64,000 nt of DNA from Mobula hypostoma (lineage: Eukaryota): contig NC_086109.1 in assembly GCF_963921235.1 (NCBI RefSeq), positions 5,892,001 through 5,956,000 of the forward strand, written 5' to 3'. Below, one piece after another: positions 22,601 through 36,000 of the stretch; position 1 is the stretch's first letter, and every line of letters begins with the position of its first letter. The notes below the pieces were generated by a model. The model did no database searches and was not told the origin of the DNA. It saw only the letters and a list, made by a program, of their open reading frames with translations. The translations under genes and the position numbers were made by a program.

Positions 22601-24862
22601 CTGACATGGGAGAATCCCCATCATTCAGAGGGTTGTGGATATCGGACACTTGCCTACTCCGGACACAGTTTCATCTGGGCCTGAAATGTCGACCCTTTAG
22701 GTGCTGCCTGATGTGCCGAGTTCCTCCAGCATTTTGTGTGTGTTGCTTTTGCAGGCCACCTCCTGGGAACAAGATACAGTGTCCTTGCCATTAGTCATCA
22801 TACAAGAGAGAACGGCCGATCATAACATTTTGCAAGGCTGTGTTGAGGAAGAATCCAACTGGGACACAAGGGACTGCGGGTACTTGAATCTGGAGCACTG
22901 GAGATCTGCTGGAGGAACTAACGTATGAGGAGTGTCTGATGGCTCTGGGCCTGTACTCACTGGAGATTAGAAGAATGAAAGGGGATCTGATTGATCCTGA
23001 CGGGTCCAGCTGAAGGGTCTCTCCCCGAAACGTCAACTGTATTCTTTTCCATACATGCTGCCTCACCTGCTGAGTTCCTCCAGCATGTGTTGTTCTGCTG
23101 AACAGGATGGGTATGCTTGGTTGTCCGCCAAAACGTGTGGAGAAACTTGCGGGCTGTCCCCAGCATATACTTAAATTGTGTTGGTCGCTAAAGCAAATGA
23201 CACATGCACGTTTCAATGTACAGTCTATGTGATACATAAATCTGAACCAGCACTGTATCAGTGGGCCAAATGGCCTCCTGTACGGTGTGAGGGCCCGAGA
23301 CCGCCACCTTCCCCTCTGAAACAGGACCACCGAGAGGGCAAAACAGTGTGACAGAGTCGGTCAGTGGCACATGTCACTGTAATCGCACTCATTGAGCTCT
23401 GCCTCCCTCCGGTCAGGGAAGTCGGGGAATCTGGCAACCAAAATCTTCCTGAAGCAAGGCACAAAATTCTGCAGATGTTCAAAATCCCGAGCAACGCACA
23501 CAAAATGCTGGAGGAACTCAGCAGGCCAGGCAGCGTCCATGGAGGGAAACCCGCAGTCAATGATTTGGGACGAGTCTCGGCACCGAAACATTGACGGTTT
23601 TTTCTTCTCCGTCACTGCAATCGGACTTGCTGAGTTCCTCCAGCATTTTGTGTACGTGTTGCTCTGGGACTCCGGCATCGGCAGAATCCCTTGTGTTTGT
23701 GAAGAAAGTTAATTTTCTCTGCCGGCGCAAAGCTCGGTGAGTAAAACTAAAACCGAGAATCGAGGTGTGATTAAAGATGACACAAATTTTTGAAGCTGAC
23801 AGCAAAATTTTGTCTAACCTCGGTGGGGAGACTGAATTTCGATGCAGTCTGCCAGTGCTGGGATGATTAAAGCTGAGTTACTTTGCAACACGCCGTGACA
23901 TTTTGAAGTGGCGATTGATGAGTCAGAGGGCGGGGTCTGCTGTTTGCGGGAGGAGCCTATCGCAGGTCTGCTGCTGCATCTACGCAGTTTGGTGACGCGC
24001 CACACTCGTTTCCAGATGCAGTCTGGCGTTGCCTAATCAGAACGAAACAACACAAGGTGACGGCCTTTGAGGGACTGAGATGAGAAGGTGCAGCATGCCA
24101 CAGTGCAAAGCGGCCTTCTGCAGAAACTGCTCTCCAAGTGAACGCGCTAGATCTGTGCACGTCCAATTCATGGGCCCAAAGAGGGGTTTTAGGGCATTAG
24201 CGCCGGTTCCTTGCCTGTGCTGCAAAGTGAAAGGGGATGCCGGCTTCAGTTCTCCGTGGGATCTTCCAGTGCTCACACGGCCTGGCTCATTTTTCATAAT
24301 GCAACATCGAGCATGTGCCAAAGCCCCTCCTTTCACCAGGAAATGCATTGTGGGACATTCTGAGAGGGGTGGTTCTTCGCAACAAGGGCCCGCACGAAGA
24401 CCTTTATCAGAGCAACATAGAATTGTACAGCTCAGGACGGACTCTTTGGCCCTCAGTGTGCACTGCCCCACGGTCGATCTCTGATGAAGGGTCTCAACCC
24501 AAAACATCGACTGCCTGCATAGATGCTGCCTGACTTACTGAGTTCCTCCAACAATTTGTGTGCGTTGCCCGCGATCAATCTACCCCCTCCCTCCTACACA
24601 GCCCATGACCCTCCATAGGCAAGGAGAGGATATAAACAGATGACGTGTTGGGCCAAGACCCTTCAGATGCTGCCTGACCTGCTGAGTTCCTCCAGCATTT
24701 TGTGTGCGTCGCTCTGGATTTCCAGCATGTGCAGAATCTCGCGTCCAAAATGCTCCATTTTTCCTACATCCAGGTTTCCATCTCAGAGGCTCTTACATGC
24801 CTCTGTTGTATCAGCCTACACCACCGTGCCTGGCACATCAGACTGGAAACATTATGTAAAGG

Positions 24863-25046
24863 CGCAAACACGAGGAAATCTGCAGATGCTGGAATATCAA
24901 GCAACACACATAAAAATTGCTGGTGAACGCAGCAGGCCAGGCAGCATCTATAGGAAGAGGTACAGCCGACGTTTCGGGCCGAGATGTACCTCTTCCTATA
25001 GATGCCGCCTGGCCTGCTGCATTCACCAGCAATTTTTATGTGTGTT
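24863..25046. mobile_element. Miniature fold-back PLE-terminus insertion with 14-bp TSD
   Basis: TSD acattatgtaaagg at 24849-24862 and 25047-25060. 62-bp inverted arms at 24903-24964 and 24985-25046. Confidence 0.88.
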
Positions 25047-28000
25047 ACATTATGTAAAGGGTCTAGTCAAGAATTACTCCTTGCTAATAATCACATCTGT
25101 TGACACCAATCCCCAGTCTTTGACACATCACCTCTCAATACACATTTTGAGTGGGGTCCAGGATCAGCCATGATGGAATGGCAGAGTAGACTCGATGGGC
25201 TGAATGGCCTAATTCTGCTCCCATGTCTTAAGGTCTTATTATTAACTGCCAGAGATATTCAAGTGGAGAAGCCATTGCACTGGGGCAGTTCTGTTCTCTC
25301 GACCTCAGAAATCCACGTCCAGTGGTACGAGTAGATGTCACAGCTAGGACCTTCCCTGGTTGCAGTGAATGACCATAACTTCCTCTGTGTCTTGACATGC
25401 CCTTCACTCTCCATGTAGCATTGCGGAACCATCTTCCTGGCCATTGGGTCTCATCCGCCCAGTCCACCGGAGCAGAATTCACGTGCTAGGACAAGGATGT
25501 CCCTATCTCACCCGGATTTGAGACCCACAGGGTACCCTCACCTGTTTTAGCCCACCTGTTGAAGCAGCTTACCAGGGTGTGGACACTGTTACATGCAAAC
25601 AGCTACTTGGAACCACAGGGCAGAGCTGAGTGTCTGGTGGGGACCACAGGTAACATTCAAGATGATTGCCAATACTTCAAATTCTTCGTAATTCCTAACT
25701 TGAAGTAGTAAAATCGTTTCATTTTCACTCCTGGCCGTTGCTGGCATTTCCAAGCCTGAGTGCTTGAAACCGCAGTGTGCAAAACAGTTCTGAATTGTCT
25801 TACTGCTTAGTTCTCACCAACTATCAGTGACAAAGTCACTGCTTTTCAAACAAAAACACTCGCAACTGATTTGATTTCAAAACTGTTCACTCGAGCCCAT
25901 GATTGTTCTTGGCAAATTTTTCAACAGAAGTGGTTTGATCTGTGTCCTGATTTGATCTGTACAAGCAATATGCAAGACAAGCTTTTTGGTGTATCTTCAT
26001 CGTCACTATTTGCTGTGTCGTATGACGTGGGTGATCATGGTCCTGACTGTGATTGTTCTTGGCAAATTTTTTCTACAGTAGTGGTTTGCCATTGCCTTCT
26101 TCTGGGCAGTGTCTTCACTAGACAGGTGACCCCGGCCATTAACAACACTCTTCAGAGATTGTCTGCCTGGCATCAGTGGTCGCATAACCAGGACTTGTGA
26201 TATGCACCAGCTGCTCATACCACCATCCACCACCTGCTCCCGTGGCTTCACATGACCCTGATCGGGGGGCTAAGCAGGTGCTACACCTTGCCCAAGGGTG
26301 ACCTGCAGGCTAGCGGAGGGAAGGAGCACCTTTGTTAGCAAGATACCTCCATGCCGACATCCAATATATATAATATATATATTTATATAATTAAATTAAG
26401 TAAGTAGTGCAAAAATAAAGCAGAAGTAGAAAGTGAGTTAGTGTACATGGGGCCATAGTCCATTCCACTCTGTCAGTCCATTCCACACACCAACCACTCT
26501 CTGAGTAAAGAAAATACACTACCTCTGACACCAGCCCCCCCCCCATACATCCCTCCAATCACCTTAAAATTATGACCCCTGGCATTAGCCATTTCCACCC
26601 TGGGGGAAAAAAATAACTCTGGCTATCCACTCAATCTATAATAACCTCTTATTATCTGGAATTAAAGAGACATTTTTGTGAATGCTTCTCATTTGATCCT
26701 ACGTGCCTGTGGGACTGCTGTCTCTCAAAGCTCCTGTGCACACATGGATTTTTGCTCATGATAACAAACTTGAGTTTAAGGGGTATAGACCACAAGGATG
26801 AAGATAGAATAATCCGAAATCTCCCTACACCAGCTCCCCACTCCCCTCGCAACACACCTACAGCTTGCCAAGTAAGATCAGTACGGCAGTCAGGAGAAGC
26901 ACTTATGTGACTGACTCTGAAACACCACAAACCTGGGGAACTTTGCAAAACACTACCCCCAGACCTATTGAGAGCCCACTGCCTGACACTTGTTAATTGT
27001 TTTTGAATCTCACAAGGTCCATAAGCATGTTTGATTTTCAGAGGTGCCTCATAACGAAAATGGATAAATCGCATCATTTCTCTTAATCCTCTCTCCCCCT
27101 CAGAAATCGATATAGAGTGGGTAGGAGGAGCAGATTTCTCATGACGCTGCCCCCAATTGTGAATGATGCAGCGACCCCACCCATTTTGCTCCTCCCCTCC
27201 CGCCAACCCCTAGCCTCCCACCACCATTTCAAAGGGATCAGTCAAAAGTAAAAGAAGTCGGTATCTTACACTGCCCACACCGTCACATGACTTGTACTGT
27301 CCTACGCCACGCGCTCAGAGAAAAATTAGATCAAAGGACCCACCATAGAGCAAACTTTCTCCACAACGATTGTAAGTTCGAATAACTCCTTGAGTGACAG
27401 GATGCAATAGCTTGCCCCAAAACAAGCCTTCTCTAGCCATGATGTATGCAGCCATCAACACATTAACCTTCCTACCAGAGATGCTTCTGTCTTTGGACAA
27501 CTGAAAGGCACTGCTAAAGTAGTTTATCCCACTTCCTAATATCAAGAGCTTGGCACCAGTTATTGGGCTGATAGATGACAGATAAAAAGACAAACATAGC
27601 CTGTAGCCAACCCCAGATGACGTCTAGTTGAACGGCTTTGATCCTGTGCTTCTATATTAACCTGTTAAAACATTGCAGTGCAGAAGGTAACACCAATTAA
27701 TGATTGGATCACTTTCTTGTAACTGCTTCCTACACGTTTTGCTTGAATAGTTCTTGTAAACAATACCGCAATCTCATCTCTGTTCTACTTTCTTTCATGC
27801 TAGTTGCATTTATCAGATTATGGTTGTAAACTTCAAGATTTCAAAACAGCGGAAAACCACTATTTACCCACTGATTCAATAATCTTCAGAGATGGGTCAC
27901 TTTGAAGAAACGTCCTCAAGTATCAAATTCAGGACAAAATTTGACCTCTGGAGGTTTTTAGTCTGTGGTTCCATACGTTAAACAGTAACTGAAAAATCTA

Positions 28001-28349
28001 TGTTCAAACAGCAAGGAAGTCAAATAACAGAGTAAATTTAGTTCTTTGCATCATTCACACACATACACAAACAGAACAGCCCGTTAATAATAGCCTCAGA
28101 AGGAATTTTTGGTAGATCAGGAGGGTTTAACTACACTCTTGGACACCTAAGAAAGCATGTCTGAATTGTGATGACATGGCTACAAACTCAAGACTAGACC
28201 AACATTACCAGAACATACTTTGCTGAGAATTCAAAATTGGGTAACCCATTTACCCGGCTCTTAACTGAAGAGTGTGAAATGTAGTTGATTTATCCAAAAT
28301 CAATCTAGCACATCAGCAGATTAAAAATCTGATGACTGAACACAAGGCT

Positions 28350-30050
28350 CAGAATTGGGGGACAGAAAAATGGCAGAGGAACTTAATGAGTATTTTACAT
28401 CAGTCTTCACCGTGGAAGACACCAGCAGAATGACATAAATGCGAGGGTGTCAGGGGGCAGAACTGAGTGACAGTGCTATAATTAAAGACAAAGTGCTTGG
28501 GAAACTGAAAGGTCTGAAGGTAGATAACTCATCTGGACCGGATGGGCTACACCTCAGAGTCCTGAAAGAGGTAGCTTAAGAGAGGTATTAGTAATGATCT
28601 TACAAGAATCACTGGATTTTGGAACGGTTCCTGAGGACTGGATATTTGCACATTTCACTCCATTTTTTAAGAAGGGAGAGAGGCAGAAGAAAGGAAATTA
28701 TAGGCCAGTTAGCCTGACCTCAGTGGTTGGAATTTATTATTAAGTATGAGGTTTCATGGTTCTTGGAGGCACATGATAAGACAGATAAAGATCACCATGG
28801 TTTTCTAAAGGTGAAACCTTGCCCGACAAATCTGTTGGAATTCTTTGAGGAAATAACAGATAGGGTGCTTATTTGGACTTTCAGAAGGTCTTAATAAGGC
28901 GCTGCACATGCAGCTGCTTAACAAGAGCTCATGGTATTACCGGAAAGATGCTAGCATGGATAGAGTATTGGCTGACTGGCAGGAGACAAAGAGTGGGAAT
29001 AAAGGGGGGCCTTTCTGGTTGGCTGCCGGTGACTAGTGGCATTCCACAAGGGTCTGTGTTGGAACTGATTCTTTTTTACAATATATATCAATGATTTGGA
29101 TGAATGAATTGATGGTTTCGTGGTCAAGTTTGCAGACAATACAAAGATAGGTGGAGGGGAAGGTAGTGCTGAGGGAGCAGGGAGTGTGCAGAATGACTTG
29201 GACATTGGGAGAACGGGCAAAAAATTGGCAGATGGAATACAATGTCAAGAAGAGTATGGTCATGCACTTTGATAAAAAGCAAAGACTATTTTCTAAATGG
29301 AAAGAAAATACAAAAATCAGACATGCAGAGTGACTTTGGAGTCCTCAGGCAGGACTCCCTAATGGTTCACTTGCAGGTTGAGATGGTGGTAAGGAAAGCA
29401 AATACAATGTTAGCATTCATTTTGAGAGGACTAGAATACAAAAGCAAGGATGTAATGCTGAGGCTTTTATAAGTCATTGGTCAGACTGCACTTGGAGCAT
29501 TGTGAGCAGTTTAGCGCCCCTGTCTTAGAAAGAATTTGCTGACATTGGAGAGGGTTCAGAGGAGGTTCAGGAGAATGTTTCTGGAAACAAAAGAGCTTAC
29601 ACATGAGAAGCATTTGATGACTCTGAGGTTATACTGTACTCACCGGAGTTTAAAAGAATGTGGGGGATTTCATTGAAACCTATCAAATATTGAAAGGACT
29701 GGATAAAGTGGATGTGGAGGGGATGTTTCCTATAGTGGGGAATCTATGACCTGAGGTCACTGCCTCAGAATTGAGGGACATCCATTGAGAACAAAGAGAA
29801 GGCGGAATTTCTTTAACCAAAGGGTAGTGAATCTGTGGAATTCATTGCCACAGATGGCTGGATAGACCAAGTTATTGGGTATATTTAAGGCAACGATTGA
29901 TAGGTTCTTGATTAATCAGGGCATCAAAGGTTATGGAAAGAAGGCAGGAGAATGGAGTTAAGAGGGATAATAAATAAGACATGATGGAATAGTGGAGCTG
30001 CCTCAATGGGGCACATGGCCTAATTCCGGCTCCGATGTCTATGATCTTAA
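28350..30050 (+). mobile_element. Older, degenerate CR1 LINE (RT to 3' end)
   Basis: Frameshifted GPDGLHLRVLKE, NYRPVSLTSVVG, VTSGIPQGSVL, KFADNTK, and a CR1-type 3' UTR. Confidence 0.85.
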
Positions 30051-30155
30051 ATATTTTTTATTGTAATTTATAGTTTTTATACGTATTGCACTGCACTGCT
30101 GGTGCAAAACAGCAAATTTCAAGACATATCCCAGTGATATTAAACCTGATTCTGA

Positions 30156-33062
30156 TAGTCATAGTCATACTTTATTGATCACGGGGAAATTGGTTTTCGT
30201 TACAGTTGCACCATAAATAATTAAATAGTAATAAAACCATAAATAATTAAATACTAATATGTAAATTACGCCAGGAAATAAGTCCAGGACCAGCCTATTG
30301 GCTCAGTGTGTCTGACCCTCCAAGGGAGGAGTTGTAAAGTTTGATGGCCACAGGCAGGAATGACTTCCTATGACGCTCTGTGTTGCATCTCGGTGGAATG
30401 AGTCTCTGGCTGAATGTACTCCTGTGCCCACCCAGTACATTATGTAGTGGATGGGAGACATTGTCCAAGAAGAAGCATACAAATTAGCCAGAGAAAGTGG
30501 CTCACCTGAGGACTGGGAGAAACTCAGAGTTCAGCAGAGGAGGACAAAGGGCTTAATTAGGAAGGGGAAAAAAGATTATGAGAGAAAACTGGCAGGGAAC
30601 ATAAAAACTGACTGTAAAAGCTTTTATAGATATGTAAAAAGGAAAAGACTGGTAAAGACAAATGTAGGTCCCTTGCAGACAGAAACAGGTGAATTGATTA
30701 TGGGGAGCAAGGACATGGCAGACCAATTGAATAATTACTTCGGTTCTGTCTTCACTAAGGAGGACATAAATAATCTTCCAGAAATAGTAGGGGACAGAGG
30801 GTCCAGTGAGATGGAGGAACTGAGCGAAATACATGTTAGTAGGGAAGTGGTGTTAGTTAAATTGAAGGGATTGAAGGCAGATAAATCCCCAGGGCCAGGT
30901 GGTCTGCATCCTAGAGTGCTTAAGGAAGTAGCCCAAGAAATAGTGGATGCATTAGTGATAATTTTTCAAAACTCGTTAGATTCTGGACTAGTTCCTGAGG
31001 ATTGGAGGGTGGCTAATGTAACTCCACTTTTTAAAAAAGGAGGGAGAGAGAAACCGGGGAATTATAGACCGGTTAGCCTAACGTCGGTGGTGGGGAAACT
31101 GCTGGAGTCAGTTATCAAGGATGTGATAACAGCACATTTGGAAAGCGGTGAAATGATCGGACAAAGTCAGCATGGATTTGTGAAAGGAAAATCATGTCTG
31201 ACGAATCTCATAGAATGTTTTGAGGATGTAACTAGTAGAGTGGATAGGGGAGAACCAGTGGATGTGGTATATTTGGATTTTCAAAAGGCTTTTGACAAGG
31301 TCCCACACAGGAGATTAGTGTGCAAACTTAAAGCACACGGTATTGGGGGTAAGATATTGGTGTGGGTGGAGAATTGGTTAGCAGACAGGAAGCAAAGAGT
31401 GGGAATAAACTGGACCTTTTCAGAATGGCAGACGGTGACTAGTGGGGTACCGCAAGGCTCAGTGCTGGGACCCCAGTTGTTTACAATATATATTAATGAC
31501 TTGGATGAGGGAATTAAATGCAGCATCTCCAAGTTTGCGGATGACACGAAGCTGGGTGGCAGTGTTAGCTGTGAGGAGGATGCTAAGAGGATGCAGGGTG
31601 ACTTGGATAGGTTGGGTGAGTGGGCAAATTCATGGCAGATGCAACTTAATGTGGATAAATGTGAAGTTATCCACTTTGGTGGCAAAAATAGGAAAACAGA
31701 TTATCTGAATGGTGGTCGATTAGGAAAAGGGGAGGTGCAACGAGACCTGGGTGTCATTATACACCAGTCATTGAAAGTGGGCATGCAGGTACAGCAGGCG
31801 GTGAAAAAGGCGAATGGTATGCTGGCACTTATAGCAAGAGGATTCGAGTACAGGAGCAGGGAGGTACTACTGCAGTTGTACAAGGCCTTGGTGAGACCAC
31901 ATCTGGAGTATTGTGTGCAGTTTTGGTCCCCTAATCTGAGGAAAGACATCCTTGCCATAGAGGGAGTACAAAGAAGGTTCACCAGATTGATTCCTGGGAT
32001 GGGATTCATATGAAGAAAGACTGGACGAACTGGGCTTGTACTCGTTGGAATTTAGAAGATTGAAGGGGGATCTGATTGAAACGTATAAGATCCTAAAGGG
32101 ATTGGACAGGCTAGATGCAGGAAGATTGTTCCCGATGTTGGGGAAGTCCAGAAGGAGGGGCCACAGTTTGAGGATAGAGGGGAAGCCTTTTAGGACCGAG
32201 ATTAGGAAAAACTTCTTCACACAGAGAGTGGTGAATCTGTGGAATTCTCTGCCACAGGAAACAGTTGAGGCCAGTTCATTGGCTATATTTAAGAGGGAGT
32301 TAGATATGGCCCTTGTGGCTACGGGGGTCAGGGGGTATGGAGGGAAGGCTGGGGCGGGGTTCTGAGTTGGAGGATCAGCCATGATCATAATAAATGGCAG
32401 TGCAGGCTCGAAGGGCCGAATGGCCTACTCCTGTACCTATTTTCTATGTTTCTATGGCATGTAACTTGGACAGCATCCTTTTTTCAGACACCACAGTCAG
32501 AGAGTCCAGTTCCATCCCCACAACATCACTGGCCTTACGAATGAGTTTGTTGATTCTGTTGGTGTCTGCTACCCTCAACCTGCTGCCCCAGCACACAGCA
32601 GCAAACATGATCACAGTGGCCACCACAGACTCGTAGAAAATCCTCAGCATCGTCCGACAGATGTTAAAGGACCTCAGTCTCCTCAGGAAATAGAGACGGC
32701 TCTGACCCTTCTTGTAGACAGCCTCAGTGTTCTTTGACCAGTCCAGTTTATTGTCAATTCGTACCCCCAGGTATTTGTAATCCTCCACCATGTCCACACT
32801 GACCCCCGGGATGGAAACAGGCGTCACCGGTACCTTAGCTCTCCTCAGGTCTACCACCAGCTCCTTAGTCTTTTTCACATTAAGCTGCAGATAATTCTGC
32901 TCACACCATGTGACAAAGTTTCCTACCGTAGCCCTGTACTCAGCCTCATCTCCCTTGCTGATGCATCCAACTATGGCAGAGTCATCAGAAAACTTCTGAA
33001 GATGACAAGACTCTGTGCAGTAGTTGAAGTCCGAGGTGTAAATGGTGAAGAGAAAGGGAGAG
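30156..33062 (-). mobile_element. Rex1/Babar LINE (RT C-terminal half to (atagtc)n tail), interrupted by a CR1 at ~30470-32455
   Basis: KFSDDSAIVGCISKGDEAEYR, KKTKELVVDLRRAK, YKYLGVRIDNKLDWSKN, RLYFLRRLRSFN. The host sequence gtccaaga|tggca is continuous in the copy at 18361. Confidence 0.88.
30470..32455 (+). mobile_element. CR1 LINE, 5'-truncated copy of the same young family; RT domain still open
   Basis: Near-identical to 16068-18058. ORF 30451-32013 (520 aa) contains NYRPVSLTS, GVPQGSVLGP and FADD. Tail tttctatgtttcta. Confidence 0.95.
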
Positions 33063-36000
33063 CCGGACTTCTGAGGTTGGGAAAGTTGAACTGCCCCACT
33101 GCAATGTCTTTTCCACTTTAAAAGCTCTCGTCAAAGGCTTCTTCATGCAGTCCACACCATCTGAGAAAAACTGCACAAATCCAACCGCCATATTTTCATT
33201 GCAATTTTACTTTTGGTTATTCACGATGCAGACGTTAAAGAAACACACAGACACTTCCAGGTCTGGACGTTAACTGAAATAATAATGTCAGCCGAGATGC
33301 AGCTGACCATGATCTCAGCAGGATGTGGGGTATAAAAGACTGAGCCCACAGCTCCCCAGTCCAGTGAAGTACGTACCGAGTTAGAAGGGAAGGAAATTAG
33401 ACCAGTCCAATCAATTGTCAAATCAAGTTGTGCCAAATTTACTACTAATTTATTACTATGTGCACAGTCATAGCATGATAACAGGTCTTTTGGCCCATCT
33501 TGCCCATGCTGACTGCGCTGTTCAGTAAGTTAGTCTCACCTGCTTGTGTTTGGCCATAGCCCTCTAAACTTCCCCTACCCATGGGCTATCCTAAATGTTG
33601 CTAACTGCCCATGTCAACCACTCATTTCAAATACGCACCACTCTCTGCATGAAGGAGTTGCCTCTTTTAAATCTCTCGCCTCCGATCTTAAACCTGTACC
33701 CTCATTTTTAACATTTACCCTCTGACAAAAAGACTATTTGCTTTCACCTTGCCCGTGCCCCTCACAGGCCCCTTGTTATCTAAATCAACAATCTAGATGA
33801 TTAAATAGAAAACTGCACAAGCAAATTTGCAGATGACATTCAAGAGCCTGTACCTTCCTGCAGCCACCATCAGGAAGGTGGTACAGGAGCCTCAGGACCG
33901 ACACCACCAAGTTAAGGAACAGTTACTATCCCTCAACCATCAGGCTCTTGAACCAAAGCAGCTGACATCAGTCAATTTCATCTTTGAAATGTTCCCACAA
34001 CTAATGGACTCACTGTCAAGGATTCTTTATCTCATGTCCTCGGTATTTATTGCTTATTTATTATTATTTCTTTCTTTTTTGTACTTGAACGGTTTGTTGT
34101 CTCCTGCACTCTGGTTGAACACCCAAGTTGGGCTGTCTTTTATTGATTCTGCTGTGGTTATTATTCTATAGATTTATTGAGTATGCCCACAAGAAAATGA
34201 ATGTCAGGGTTGTATATGGTGGCGTACAAGTACTTTGATAATAAATTTACTTTGTAGTGGACAGTGAGAAATGCCGTCAAAGCTCGCAGTGGGATCTGGA
34301 CCAGATGGAAAAATGGGCTGAAAAATGCCAGAGGAAATTTATTTATTTAGAGATATAGTACAGAACAGGTCCTTCCAGCCCAGCAACCCACCTACTTAAC
34401 CTTAGCCTAATCACAGGATCACAGGATCAGCCGGCTAGTGATGTAGTGGCATCAGCGCTGGACTTTGGGGCGGAAGGTCCCGAGTTCAAATCCAGCCGGC
34501 TCCCGTGCACACTTTCCATCCATGCAGGGTTGAGTGTCGAGCTAGCAACTTGACCTCGTAAAAAAAATTCCTTGCTACAGAAACATCAACAGCAAAAAGT
34601 TGATGGCCTATGCTCTCTCGTGAGTTTAAAGGCAATTTCTCTCTTCTTTCTTAATCACAGGATAATTTACAATGACCAATTAACCATTTGGAACATGGGA
34701 GGAAACCAGATCACCCAGAGGAAACCCACGCAGCCTCAGGGGGGGACATACAATCTCCTAACAGGCAGTGGTGGGAATTGAACTCCAAACTCCGAACACG
34801 CTAAGCCGCAATAGCGGCACGCCTATTTGGAGTACTGTGTGCAATTCTGGTCACCTGCTGATAGGAAAGGTATCAAAATGGTTGAAAAAGTGCAGGAAAA
34901 GCTTACAAGGATGCTGTCAGGACTCGAAGACCTCAGTTATAGGGAAAGGTTGAATAGGTTAGGACTTATTCCCTGGAGCGTAGGAGAACGAGGGGAGATT
35001 TGATAGAGGTGCACAAAATTATGAGTGGTTTAGATCGGGTAAATGCCAGCAGGCTTTTTCCACTAAGGTTGAGTGAGACTGGAACTAGAGGTCATGGTTT
35101 AAGGGTGAAAGGTGAAATATTTAGGGGGAACATGGGGGGAAACCTCTTCACTCAGAGTGTGGTGAGAGTGTGGAACGAGCTGCCGGTGAAAGTGGTGGAT
35201 GAGGGTTTGATTTCAACATTCAAGGGAAATCTGGATAGGTACATGCAGGCAGGTCGATGGGACTAGGCAGATTGATAATTCAGAGTGGACTAGGTGGACC
35301 CATGGGCCTGGTTTCATGCTGTAGCGTTCTAGGAATCTAAATCTCTATGACCTAATAGACCTCTATCAGGTCACCCTTCAATCTCCTCTGTTCCAGAGAA
35401 TAAAGTCCAAGTCTATGTACCCACTCCTTGTAACTCAGGCACCCAAGTCCAGGCAGTATCCCAGTAGATCTTTCCTGCGTTATTTTTAGTTTAATAACAT
35501 CTTTCCTATAACAAGGTGACCAAAACCATACACAATACTCCAAAATCACCCTCACCAACATCTTAAATAACTACATAATATAGTTAAATATTATTACGAT
35601 GTAGAAAAGTTGCTTGCCAGCTGCATCACAGGCAAATAGGTTCAGACAACAGAGAATATACAGTAAATTGAGCATTAACTATTTATATATGATTATATTT
35701 GCTCATGAAAGATCTCAGGGAACTACTTAAAACACCATGCCTTGGTAAAGTCCGTCTCAAAGCCAATGTTGTTGGAAGAGACGCATTGTCTCTTGTGGGA
35801 TGGTGCCGTGCACAAATTGGCCTCTTTCACTCCTCATATCCCAACAGGTCATCCTATATGTTAACACCCAGGAACTGCCCCCACCACCCAGGTCATGCTC
35901 TCTTCTCGCTGCTGCCATTGGGCAGAAGGTACAGGAGCCTCAGGCCCCACACCAACAGGTTTGAGACCCTTCAACCATCAGGCTGTTGAACCAACATGGA

